64,000 bases of DNA. It comes from a virus. Made by a program: the position numbers and the translations under genes. The stretch's first letter is position 1; every line of letters starts with the position of its first letter. The notes below the pieces were generated by a model. That model had not been told where the DNA came from, ran no database searches, and was given only the letters and a program-made list of their open reading frames with translations. Shown here one piece after another: positions 16,590 through 25,573 of this stretch. The stretch lies in the IMG/VR virus record IMGVR_UViG_3300021376_000010; one strand, given 5' to 3'.

Positions 16590-19058
16590 TCACTTTGCTG
16601 GTTTTGGTGGTTTTGCTGGTGCTGCTGGTTTTTGTAATGCTTGGAAACTTCTGTTTCCTTGTGCATCATACTTAACAGAACCTTTTACTCCACCCAAAGT
16701 TGCTCCATAAGACTGTCCAACTTTTGCTTTTCCTGCTTTAACTTGATTAACACCAGCATTACCAATGTTTGCACGAATCATTCTCTGACCCTTATCACCA
16801 TAGGTTGCAGTTCCTTTTTTACCACCAACAGTGACATCATATGCTTTATTTGTAGTTACTTTTTGCTGCTTACCTGCAATATTTGTTGCGGTTATAACTT
16901 TATTTGGTTTTGTGTCAGATGGACCTGCTTTACCAGTTCCTTCTTGTGGTGGAGTATTTCCAACTTTTGGTTTCGATCTCAATGCTGCCATTCCTGCTGC
17001 TTGAACTTGCTGTCTATTCATTCCTGGTTTTAAAGCTAAAGCAGCATTTCCACCACCAGCACGGAAGGCAGCATCACCACCTCTTCCAGAATCTGCAGTT
17101 ATTGATGGTTTTGCTTTTGCTTTTTCTGGTCCTGCTGGTTTTGGTGCTTTGTCCATACTATCTACATGAGAAAATCCAGTACTTGATTTTCTAACACCAG
17201 CACGAACAGAAGGCTCAGCAGACTTTTCTGCAGATGGTGCAAGATATTCCCCTGCAGATTTAGCAGTATTGGAAACTTTAGTAACAAATTTTCCCATATT
17301 ACTATCCCAAAATTTTGCCTGCCCTCCAGGTGCTTCAGAAATGAACTGCTTCCAATATTCATAAGCAGTCATTTCCTCACCCATATTCTTTCTTGCTTTC
17401 TTTCTAGCACGTTGCTTTTCCTTGGTAGTCTTTTGTGGTCCACCAGTGCTTCCACCCTTTGTTGCTTGGAAAGAACGAACCCTTGATTCTCCAGAACTAT
17501 CTGGTGCAACCATATGAGTTTTGATTGTTTTTGATGTTGGATTATCTTGCTTTTCTTTCTCAAATGCCTTATGGACTTTAGCAGCATCATCATACATATG
17601 GGTAGTCTTAGCACCACTTTGCTTTGCTACTGCATTAGCAACATCAACTTTTTTCTTACCAATATCACCACCTCTCATTCCACCAGTATAATGAATATTA
17701 GACTTTTCTACATCAATTCCGTGCTTCTTTAGATGTCCTTGGAATTCACTTGGATTATCAAACTTTGAACGAGCAGTAATCAAGTGAACGTTTTGTCCTC
17801 TTGCTTGCTTTCTCTTGATATCTTTAATTACTTTTTTATTTGGACTTGAAGTTTTAGAGAATGTCTTAGCACTCTGGAACTCACTAAAATCATACTTATG
17901 TCCTGGTTTTAGTTTATGGGTATTGAATTCTTGATTACTTAAACTCTGAACTCTCTTCCCAGATTCATCATTTACGTGAACCTGAACGTTTGGTTTTCCT
18001 TTTTTACCGTGCCCAAAAAGGGTTTCATCAACATCATATGCGTGAACTGTTGTCTTCTTTCTAGTTCCTCTTGCCTTTTCTTCAATATATTCTTCTAGAA
18101 TTACTGAAGTGAACTCATCACTAATGTGCTCAAACATTACTTCTGCTGCTTCATAGTCTTCTGCATAATCAGCAGCAACTAACATTTCAATAATATAATC
18201 ATAAGCATCATCAAAGTCAAATGATTGATTTAGTTGCTTCATTGCATCATTAAGTGCATTGTTGCGTTTCTGAATTCCATATGCAGCACCAGCAATGCCT
18301 GTTCCTGGATTCTTAATTTGTTTGCCTTTATTTGCTGCATCCACTCCAGACTTTGCTGCTTGTTTTGCTCTATTAATTGCCATCCCTGCAAGTGCGGCAC
18401 CACCTAGAGCAAGTCCACCAGCAACTAGAGGAGCAACCTCATCGAGTTGCTCACCTTCTGGTTCAAATGAATTTGCCATTGCTTGCTTGCGGATGGTTGC
18501 AAAGTAAATTTGAGTTCCTCTTTCCTTTCCGTATTGGTCTATCATACTCTTCTTCATTGCTGAAGTGTCATACTTATTCTTAAGTTTCTTCTCTTTTTTA
18601 ATTTCTGAAGAGGTCATTTCTCTTTCTGCAATATATTCTTCCTTTTCAAACTCTTGATAAAATGCAGCAGCCTCTCCGTGTCTACCTTCTTTAGTTGATT
18701 TTTTACTCATATCCAGAAGTTCCCTTTTAGAATATTTGTGTCCTTTAAGAATAGATGACATCTCATCTTTACTCATACCTTTTGCTTCATCAACCATTTC
18801 ACCATCTAGTTCATAACTAGCAACTTGCATTCCTGCTTTTGCTTTTGCTAGTGGAAGTTGTGGACCAGTTCTTTTTAAAAACTGTTCTTTTTCATTTGGA
18901 TTGTCAGTCCTTGATCCTTTATTATATAACTTCTGAGTCTTCTGTGCATCTTTATGCCCAGGTCCAATATCAAAACTTGCCTCAGAAAGGAGAGTCCCCT
19001 TTGTTTCAGAAACTTTAATTTGGGTATATAAGTCTTTTATATCGTTAATGCTGGACAT
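16590..19058 (-). CDS. modular protein with an internal HAD-superfamily domain, probable head cargo
   Basis: HAYDVDETLF (motif I), LITAR (II), K, MYDD (IV); late promoter TATAAATA 19081-19088. Confidence 0.65.
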   Translation of the reverse strand: MSSINDIKDLYTQIKVSETKGTLLSEASFDIGPGHKDAQKTQKLYNKGSRTDNPNEKEQFLKRTGPQLPLAKAKAGMQVASYELDGEMVDEAKGMSKDEMSSILKGHKYSKRELLDMSKKSTKEGRHGEAAAFYQEFEKEEYIAEREMTSSEIKKEKKLKNKYDTSAMKKSMIDQYGKERGTQIYFATIRKQAMANSFEPEGEQLDEVAPLVAGGLALGGAALAGMAINRAKQAAKSGVDAANKGKQIKNPGTGIAGAAYGIQKRNNALNDAMKQLNQSFDFDDAYDYIIEMLVAADYAEDYEAAEVMFEHISDEFTSVILEEYIEEKARGTRKKTTVHAYDVDETLFGHGKKGKPNVQVHVNDESGKRVQSLSNQEFNTHKLKPGHKYDFSEFQSAKTFSKTSSPNKKVIKDIKRKQARGQNVHLITARSKFDNPSEFQGHLKKHGIDVEKSNIHYTGGMRGGDIGKKKVDVANAVAKQSGAKTTHMYDDAAKVHKAFEKEKQDNPTSKTIKTHMVAPDSSGESRVRSFQATKGGSTGGPQKTTKEKQRARKKARKNMGEEMTAYEYWKQFISEAPGGQAKFWDSNMGKFVTKVSNTAKSAGEYLAPSAEKSAEPSVRAGVRKSSTGFSHVDSMDKAPKPAGPEKAKAKPSITADSGRGGDAAFRAGGGNAALALKPGMNRQQVQAAGMAALRSKPKVGNTPPQEGTGKAGPSDTKPNKVITATNIAGKQQKVTTNKAYDVTVGGKKGTATYGDKGQRMIRANIGNAGVNQVKAGKAKVGQSYGATLGGVKGSVKYDAQGNRSFQALQKPAAPAKPPKPAK

Positions 19059-19080
19059 TCTTATACTCTAGTTTTTTAGT

Positions 19081-19110
19081 TATTTATAAAAAAAGGGGCA
19101 TATGCCCCCG
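19081..19110 (-). terminator. nrdB terminator abutting a late promoter
   Basis: GGGGC-ATAT-GCCCC + T run, then TATAAATA. Confidence 0.75.
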
Positions 19111-19114
19111 AAAA

Positions 19115-20299
19115 TTAAAGTTGGAAACCAGCAAAAGTATCTTTTTTCAAATCTTGTTTAATACCACCAACAACATATGATTCAACCTCTGTTTCTTGTG
19201 GAGCAACTTGAAGCCCCTTAGAAGAAATCCAATGCTCAGTCCAAGGAAGTGGATTGTTTTTTGCGGGAATATCATAGATTGGTTTAATTCCAATTGCTTT
19301 CATACGACGATTTGCAATCCACTCAACATATTGATGAAGGAGTTTATCATTCAATCCAATCATAGAACCGTCTTTAAATAGATATTGAGCCCATCTTTTT
19401 TCCTCATCCACACAATTTTCAAAGGAAGTTTTTACCCATTCCTCTTCCTCTTTAGCAATTTGTTGCATTTCTGGATCATCCCCTTCACGCCACTTATTGA
19501 GGATGTTTTGAGTAATGACAAGGTGCTGATTTTCGTCTCTTGCGATGAGAGAGATAATTTTAGCGGATCCCTCCATAAGCTTAAGTTCTCCGAACGCAAA
19601 ACTGCAAGCGAACGAGACATAAAACCTGATACCTTCGAGAATGTTGACATTTGCAATAGCACGATAAAGTTTTCTTTTAAGTTCCATTCTTCCCTCTCTA
19701 GCATATCCAGCACCTTCTTGTGCAAACAACCAATCATTTGAGATGCCATATTGCTGTGCAGAATTGATAAAATCATCATACGCACCAGTAACGGAGGTAG
19801 ATCTTTCTAAAATTTTATCATTAGATAAAATTGAATCAAATACATCAGAAGGATTTGAATATATATTCTTAATAATATAAGTGTATGAACGAGAGTGAAT
19901 CATTTCCATGAATTCCCAAACAGTCATACATGCCTCTAACTCTGGCAGTGAGCAGTAAGGAATGAATGCCATACCAGGACCACGACCCTGAACAGAATCT
20001 AGAAGAATCTGATACTTCAAATTAGAAGTAAAGATATGCTTCTGTTCAGGACGTAATGTTTGATAATCAGCACGATCTTTCTGGAGGGAGACCTCTTCAG
20101 GTCTCCAAAAGTATCCTAGTTGTTGAGTAGTTAGTTTTTCAAAAATTGGATACTTGTATGAATCATATCTTTGAACACCCAATGGTTTTCCAAAAAACAT
20201 TGGTTGTTTTTTAACATCATATTCTTCTGTATTGAATACTGTCATTCCATTAATACCAGTTGACTCATTCTGGTTAACTCTAAATTTTACATGATTCAC
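19115..20299 (-). CDS. nrdB: ribonucleotide reductase class Ia beta subunit
   Basis: FWRPEEV, LDSVQGR, EMIHSRSY, LEGIRFY, DENQH, APQETE. Confidence 0.97.
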   Translation of the reverse strand: MNHVKFRVNQNESTGINGMTVFNTEEYDVKKQPMFFGKPLGVQRYDSYKYPIFEKLTTQQLGYFWRPEEVSLQKDRADYQTLRPEQKHIFTSNLKYQILLDSVQGRGPGMAFIPYCSLPELEACMTVWEFMEMIHSRSYTYIIKNIYSNPSDVFDSILSNDKILERSTSVTGAYDDFINSAQQYGISNDWLFAQEGAGYAREGRMELKRKLYRAIANVNILEGIRFYVSFACSFAFGELKLMEGSAKIISLIARDENQHLVITQNILNKWREGDDPEMQQIAKEEEEWVKTSFENCVDEEKRWAQYLFKDGSMIGLNDKLLHQYVEWIANRRMKAIGIKPIYDIPAKNNPLPWTEHWISSKGLQVAPQETEVESYVVGGIKQDLKKDTFAGFQL

Positions 20300-22580
20300 A
20301 ATCTTCTTCTCCTTCGGAACTTAAAATTTCTGCGATTAAATCGTCTGCTGATTTTTTATCCTCCTTTACTTCATCAGTCTTAATATCATATGTATTCTGG
20401 TAATAAGATGTCTTCCATCCATACTTATATGTCTTCAGGAAGTCATTTGCCATAACACTTACTGGAACTTCATTATCGGGATAATTCTCTGGGTTGTAAC
20501 TCCAGTTTCCAGAAATTGCTTGGTCAAAGAACTTTTGCATTACAGAAACAACATTGATATAACCATTATTATTAGGCATGTCCCAAAGAAGAGTGTAATG
20601 ATTTTTAAGATGTTGGTATTGAGGTACAATCTGTTTGAGTGGACCCTTCTTCGATTTCTTAATGGACAAGTATCCTCTAGGTGGTTCGATTCCATTGGTT
20701 GCATTTGACACAACGGAACTGCTCTCCGATGGCATCTGTGCGGACAGTGTTGAGTGTCTGAGACCATATTCCAGAATTGATGCTCTAAGACTTTCCCAAT
20801 CATGTTGCAATCCAATAGAAGTAATTTCGTCTACATCTTTTTTATAAGTATTAATTGGAAGAATTCCCTGCGAATATTTGGTCCTATTAAAATATTCACA
20901 TGCTCCTTTTTCTTTTGCAATCTCATTAGATGACTTCAAAAGGAAATACTGGAATGATTCAGAAAGACCATGAACAGCATCCCATGCCTCTTGAGAATCG
21001 TAGTCAAATCCAAGTTTTGCCAAATAGTGTGCAAGACCAATAAAACCAACTCCAAGAGAACGACGTGCCTTTGTAGACTTTTCAGCAGCAATAACAGGAT
21101 ACTGCTGATAATCAATCAACTCTTCTAAACCACGAACTGAAAGATCGCAAAGTTCTTCAAACTCCTCATCATCTTTTACTCTACCAACATTTACTGCACT
21201 AAGAATACAAAGAGCAATTTCACCATTTGGATCATCAATATGATTCAGTGGTTTTGTTGGGAGAGTAATTTCTTGACAAAGATTGCTCATTTCAACTTTA
21301 TCGAGGAATGAAGAGTGTGAATTGCAATGGTCAATATTCATAATATAGATTCGACCCGTTTCCGCACGTTCTTTAAGAAGATTAAGGATAAGTTCTTGTG
21401 CTTTAATAGTTTTTTTCGGAATGGACGAATCCTTTTCATATGCCATGTAGAGCTCATCAAAAGCAGGGAGTCCAAAGTTAGGATAAAGTCCAGGTACATC
21501 ATGTGGGGAGAATAACGTAATCTCACCGTCTTGAATAAATCTTTCATAAAACAACTTACTGATTTGAATCGAATAATCAAGTTTACGAACACGATTATCT
21601 TCGGTTCCCTTGTTATTTTTAAGAACTAGAATATCTTCTATTTCTTGATGCCAAATGGGAAAGTGAACCGTAGCTGATCCACCTCTGATGCCATTTTGAG
21701 TGCAGCATCGGACAGTTGCCTCAAACTTTTTGAGAAATGGGACAACACCTGTGTGTTGCACTTCTCCACCTCTGATTTTAGAGTTGATGCCACGGATTCG
21801 ACCTGCGTTGATACCGATACCCGCCCTTTGTGCAACGTATCTGCCAATAGCCATATCAGAGCTAAAGATAGAATCGAGGGTGTCATCAGAGTCAACAAGA
21901 ACACAACTAGCAAATTGTCTAAGTGGTGTTCGCACTCCTGCCATGATGGGAGTGGGGATGTTGATTTTGTGCTTTGAGATTGCGTCATAGTACCTCCTGA
22001 CATATGACATTCTAGTTTCTTTTGGATATTGAGAAAAAATAGTTGCTGCAATCATCATGTACATAAACTGTGGTGTCTCATAGACTTTGCCACTGCTTCT
22101 ATCCTGCACGAGGTACTTATCAACGACTTGACGTAGACCTGCATAAGTGAACAAATAGTCACGATTATGATTGATGTACAAACCAAGTCTGTTAATTTCT
22201 TCATGAGTATAGTCTTGCAAGATTTTTTCATCATATATGCCCAACTCTACGCATTTTTGAATATGTGTAAGGAATGTTGGATGGTCTTGAATTTTACCAT
22301 AAAGTGACTTTCTTACAGAGAATAAAAGAAGTCTTGCTGCAACAAATTGATAATTTGGATTTTCCAAATCAATCAAATCAGAAGCAGATCGAATCAGAAT
22401 TTCTTGAATCTCTGCAGTAGTAATTCCATCATAAAATTGAATACCAGACTGCATCTCAACCTGTGACGCAGATACACCAGCCAAATCTTTACATGCTTCA
22501 TCCACCATCAAATGTAGTTTATTGAGGTCTAAACCTTCAATGGACCCATTTCTTTTAATTACCTTTGTACCGTTGCTCAT
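20280..22580 (-). CDS. nrdA: ribonucleotide reductase class Ia alpha subunit
   Basis: ATP cone, PTPIMAG, QFASC, SNLCQEI, C-terminal CESC. Confidence 0.97.
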   Translation of the reverse strand: MSNGTKVIKRNGSIEGLDLNKLHLMVDEACKDLAGVSASQVEMQSGIQFYDGITTAEIQEILIRSASDLIDLENPNYQFVAARLLLFSVRKSLYGKIQDHPTFLTHIQKCVELGIYDEKILQDYTHEEINRLGLYINHNRDYLFTYAGLRQVVDKYLVQDRSSGKVYETPQFMYMMIAATIFSQYPKETRMSYVRRYYDAISKHKINIPTPIMAGVRTPLRQFASCVLVDSDDTLDSIFSSDMAIGRYVAQRAGIGINAGRIRGINSKIRGGEVQHTGVVPFLKKFEATVRCCTQNGIRGGSATVHFPIWHQEIEDILVLKNNKGTEDNRVRKLDYSIQISKLFYERFIQDGEITLFSPHDVPGLYPNFGLPAFDELYMAYEKDSSIPKKTIKAQELILNLLKERAETGRIYIMNIDHCNSHSSFLDKVEMSNLCQEITLPTKPLNHIDDPNGEIALCILSAVNVGRVKDDEEFEELCDLSVRGLEELIDYQQYPVIAAEKSTKARRSLGVGFIGLAHYLAKLGFDYDSQEAWDAVHGLSESFQYFLLKSSNEIAKEKGACEYFNRTKYSQGILPINTYKKDVDEITSIGLQHDWESLRASILEYGLRHSTLSAQMPSESSSVVSNATNGIEPPRGYLSIKKSKKGPLKQIVPQYQHLKNHYTLLWDMPNNNGYINVVSVMQKFFDQAISGNWSYNPENYPDNEVPVSVMANDFLKTYKYGWKTSYYQNTYDIKTDEVKEDKKSADDLIAEILSSEGEEDCESCKI

Positions 22581-23578
22581 ACTCGTTTCCAACCAATAAG
22601 TTTTGCTTTTGCTTCTAATCCCATAAAGGTATTTTCTTTTACAATTTTGTTGACATCAATGCCTTTAAGTATCATATCATTGATATCCTTTTCTGTTAAA
22701 TCATTAGGCCAAATTACAATAGGAAATTTCAAGTCAATTACTTTTTCCATTCTCTGAACAATCTGCTTGTTGCGTTTTTCATTATCATAAACCATCACAA
22801 AATCCGATTCAAAGTTACTAATGAAAAACATGTAGTCAATGTCTGCTCCAACCATAGCAATTGCATTATCTAAAAACATACTATCGATTGGTCCCTCAAC
22901 GACATAAACAGTTTTAGTATAGTCTGCTTTATCTAAACCATATATTTTTGGATGGTTGTCGTCTAGGATAATTGTAATGTATTTAACTTTTGAATTCTTA
23001 TTCAGACTGCGACCTTGAAACCCAAAGATTTTTCCGTGATTGATAAGAGGGATAATGATTCTTGGTTCGTCGTTGTCTAAATTATCGAATGTATGCTTCT
23101 GAGTGTTTGTCCACTCTTTGAAGTTTTGACAAAAATACAAATCACGAAAATATTCTTGTGGAATTTTTCTGTTCTCTAGATATTGTCTTGCCAAGTGTTC
23201 TTTATTTAGTTCTGCTATGGTTGGTAGGTCAAAAGACTTTTTTGAAAAATCAGGTTTTTCAAACTTAAATTCTGGTGTCTTTGTCTGACTTCCCTTTCCA
23301 GTTAGACCATTCTTATATCTTTCCATTACATACTGGTCATACAAGACCGTATCCATGTCTTTCAGGAAGTTCGTAAACGTCCTAGATACTCCACAGTTAT
23401 GGCACTTAAAATTATAGTCATTCTTTAATTTGTAAATATATCCTCTTGCTTTACTCTTTGTCCTTTGACTATCCCCACAATAAGGGCAACGAAAATTGTA
23501 AAGACCTTCTTTTTTCTTAGTGAATTTATGCAGACGGGATGAAACCAACCCGATATATTTGGAATCAATAAAACTCAT
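22577..23578 (-). CDS. g61: DNA primase gp61
   Basis: CPYCGDS..CHNC zinc finger; VEGPIDS TOPRIM motif. Confidence 0.95.
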   Translation of the reverse strand: MSFIDSKYIGLVSSRLHKFTKKKEGLYNFRCPYCGDSQRTKSKARGYIYKLKNDYNFKCHNCGVSRTFTNFLKDMDTVLYDQYVMERYKNGLTGKGSQTKTPEFKFEKPDFSKKSFDLPTIAELNKEHLARQYLENRKIPQEYFRDLYFCQNFKEWTNTQKHTFDNLDNDEPRIIIPLINHGKIFGFQGRSLNKNSKVKYITIILDDNHPKIYGLDKADYTKTVYVVEGPIDSMFLDNAIAMVGADIDYMFFISNFESDFVMVYDNEKRNKQIVQRMEKVIDLKFPIVIWPNDLTEKDINDMILKGIDVNKIVKENTFMGLEAKAKLIGWKRV

Positions 23579-23590
23579 TTGAAATGGGGT

Positions 23591-24022
23591 TCACCTTGCT
23601 CTCTCTATGCTACTCGGATATTGGGCAGGTGTCAATTGCGAATTGCCTAAAAATTTGGGAACAAAGGCATTTATTATGGTGATTAATACAACAGCAACAG
23701 CAGCAACTCCACCAACTTGCCATCTAAACTTAATTAATTCTTCTATTTTTTGTTCTATTTTCTCAAACTTTTTATTTATTTCCTGATGTTCTTTCTCATT
23801 TTCTTCTTTAATCTCATCAATCATTCTCACAAGAAGTTCATCAGTTTTAATACTTTGCTCAATTCTCTCATCATGCTTTGCAAGAATTGTAGCAATGCGA
23901 TTATTGCCTTCTGATATTTTTTCAACCGCCGTTTCTAGTTTTGTAAGCATTTCACGAGATAAATCCTCGTAAATACTGAGTTTAGATTCAAGAACTGCTA
24001 ATTTTGATTCCTGAGAGAACAT
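23591..24022 (-). CDS. coiled-coil protein with C-terminal TM
   Basis: heptad pattern then RWQVGGVAAVAVVLI. Confidence 0.7.
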   Translation of the reverse strand: MFSQESKLAVLESKLSIYEDLSREMLTKLETAVEKISEGNNRIATILAKHDERIEQSIKTDELLVRMIDEIKEENEKEHQEINKKFEKIEQKIEELIKFRWQVGGVAAVAVVLITIINAFVPKFLGNSQLTPAQYPSSIERAR

Positions 24023-24026
24023 TTTA

Positions 24027-24230
24027 CTATGGTTTCCAAAGTTTACGATACCCTTTCCCGTAAATATATTTCTTTGTTTTTCTTCCCGTTAATTTTACTG
24101 GAGGATTTCCTGGGTCTGATTCTGGTGTTCCAGCAATCTTCCCGCCACCAACATTGTTTGTTGGCAATGCAGAGAGGGACATTTCCTCTCTTATATAATT
24201 TAAAATTTTATCCAGTAAATCTTTTTTCAT
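24027..24230 (-). CDS. hypothetical protein
   Basis: ORF track; IREE..PTNN.GGG.IAG motif typical of T4-like cyanophages. Confidence 0.65.
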   Translation of the reverse strand: MKKDLLDKILNYIREEMSLSALPTNNVGGGKIAGTPESDPGNPPVKLTGRKTKKYIYGKGYRKLWKP

Positions 24231-24602
24231 TTAAATAGTATCTAATTGTTTCATACAATCTAAATCAATATCAACATCATGTATGTTAGTATGTGGATAT
24301 TCTGGAAGTCTATCAAGGTACACTACGAAGGTTTTTAAAACTCCCCAAAATTCTTTGTCTATTTTGTAAAACAGTAAAGGAGTAGCAGCATCACCGAAAA
24401 CGTTATAAAGAATAATAAAATGATTAATCAGAAGATGAACTTTTAGTTCACCTTCTTTCTTATATCTTCTTAGTAATTTCTTTATCCATTTGAACCTTTT
24501 CAAATCATCATAAAAATCTTCTTTGGTCACTGCCTGAGGATTTTCGTAATGCTTAATTGCAAAGAGAAGATAATTGTCTTCGTTCAATTCATCAAATCTC
24601 AT
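24231..24602 (-). CDS. conserved T4-like hypothetical protein
   Basis: FAIKHYENP..DFYDDLKRF..LLINHFIILYNVF. Confidence 0.8.
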   Translation of the reverse strand: MRFDELNEDNYLLFAIKHYENPQAVTKEDFYDDLKRFKWIKKLLRRYKKEGELKVHLLINHFIILYNVFGDAATPLLFYKIDKEFWGVLKTFVVYLDRLPEYPHTNIHDVDIDLDCMKQLDTI

Positions 24603-24612
24603 ATACTATAAA

Positions 24613-25131
24613 TTATGGTAGAAGCTTGCTGTCGTCTGCTGCATCACCACCTGCTCCTGTAGTTCCAGCAACTCCAGCAGTAATTCCAGACATTGCTACA
24701 AGAACTTCATGCTTAACTCTTAACCTGCCATGTGTATCAACGTAGGTATGAATACCAACCCATCCACCATGTGCTACAGAGTAAGCAGTTGTATGTGCTA
24801 CAGCAACTTCATCATTAGATACACCATAAATCTCCGTAGATCTATAGTTTGAATCAAACAAGGTATACTTTGGTCTTTGAGATGCTATCCACTGTTGTCC
24901 AGAGATTGCAGCACCACTGAGGTACTGTGTAGATGCAATTGAAATAACAGTATTTGAAGTAATACCAGATACTACAGCTTGTCCAAAAGTATTACCAGTT
25001 CCAATGGAAATTACATCACCCACACTCAATGCAGTGAAAGTAGTACCAGTTCCAGTTACAGTTTTTGTAGCATAATTAACTGCAATTGTACCAGCAGAAT
25101 AAACGTCGTCTTTTTTACCCCAGAGTGCCAT
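24613..25131 (-). CDS. virion structural protein (putative)
   Basis: MALWG start, Thr/Gly-rich, HGGWVG..GRLRVKHEVLVAMS; late promoter 25165-25172. Confidence 0.7.
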   Translation of the reverse strand: MALWGKKDDVYSAGTIAVNYATKTVTGTGTTFTALSVGDVISIGTGNTFGQAVVSGITSNTVISIASTQYLSGAAISGQQWIASQRPKYTLFDSNYRSTEIYGVSNDEVAVAHTTAYSVAHGGWVGIHTYVDTHGRLRVKHEVLVAMSGITAGVAGTTGAGGDAADDSKLLP

Positions 25132-25164
25132 CTTGTTCTTTTCCGTAAAAAAATTTCCTAAACT

Positions 25165-25200
25165 TATTTATAAAAGGGGTAAGGTTGCAATTTACCCCTT
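25165..25200 (-). terminator. terminator fused to a late promoter
   Basis: AAGGGGTAA..TTACCCCTT-TT then TATAAATA. Confidence 0.65.
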
Positions 25201-25347
25201 CTTCAAAATTACCTTTAAAAAGTTAGTTATTAAATCAAGTAAACCATTTTCTTTGAATCTTTTTGTTTTTGCTAACCACTCAGAGGCAGTCAACAAAAGA
25301 CCAAGAGCAATGGTTATTCCCCAATTAGTCACAAAACAAGTAATCAT
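25192..25347 (-). CDS. small membrane protein, 51 aa (not in ORF track; holin-like size)
   Basis: MITCFVTNWGITIALGLLLTASEWLAKTKRFKENGLLDLITNFLKVILKKG. Confidence 0.6.
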   Translation of the reverse strand: MITCFVTNWGITIALGLLLTASEWLAKTKRFKENGLLDLITNFLKVILKKG

Positions 25348-25517
25348 ACTTGTGGTGTAAAGAGTTTATCTTTTACAAGAGTAAGTACTACATCATCAAT
25401 GCTATTATCAGTTGACTTCACATACTTAGTTAAAAGTTCAATAACAAGATTTTTAACTGCTGGATGTGTCGCAATTTGAATTAGAATTGGTTTTACAACC
25501 GCTACTACTGCGCCCAT
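25344..25517 (-). CDS. small protein, 57 aa (not in ORF track)
   Basis: MGAVVAVVKPILIQIATHPAVKNLVIELLTKYVKSTDNSIDD..; AGAGG SD; late-type promoter 25545-25552. Confidence 0.7.
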   Translation of the reverse strand: MGAVVAVVKPILIQIATHPAVKNLVIELLTKYVKSTDNSIDDVVLTLVKDKLFTPQV

Positions 25518-25573
25518 GATAATCCTCTTAGATTGGACTAAAAATATTTATCTAATTAACACTAATTTAACAA

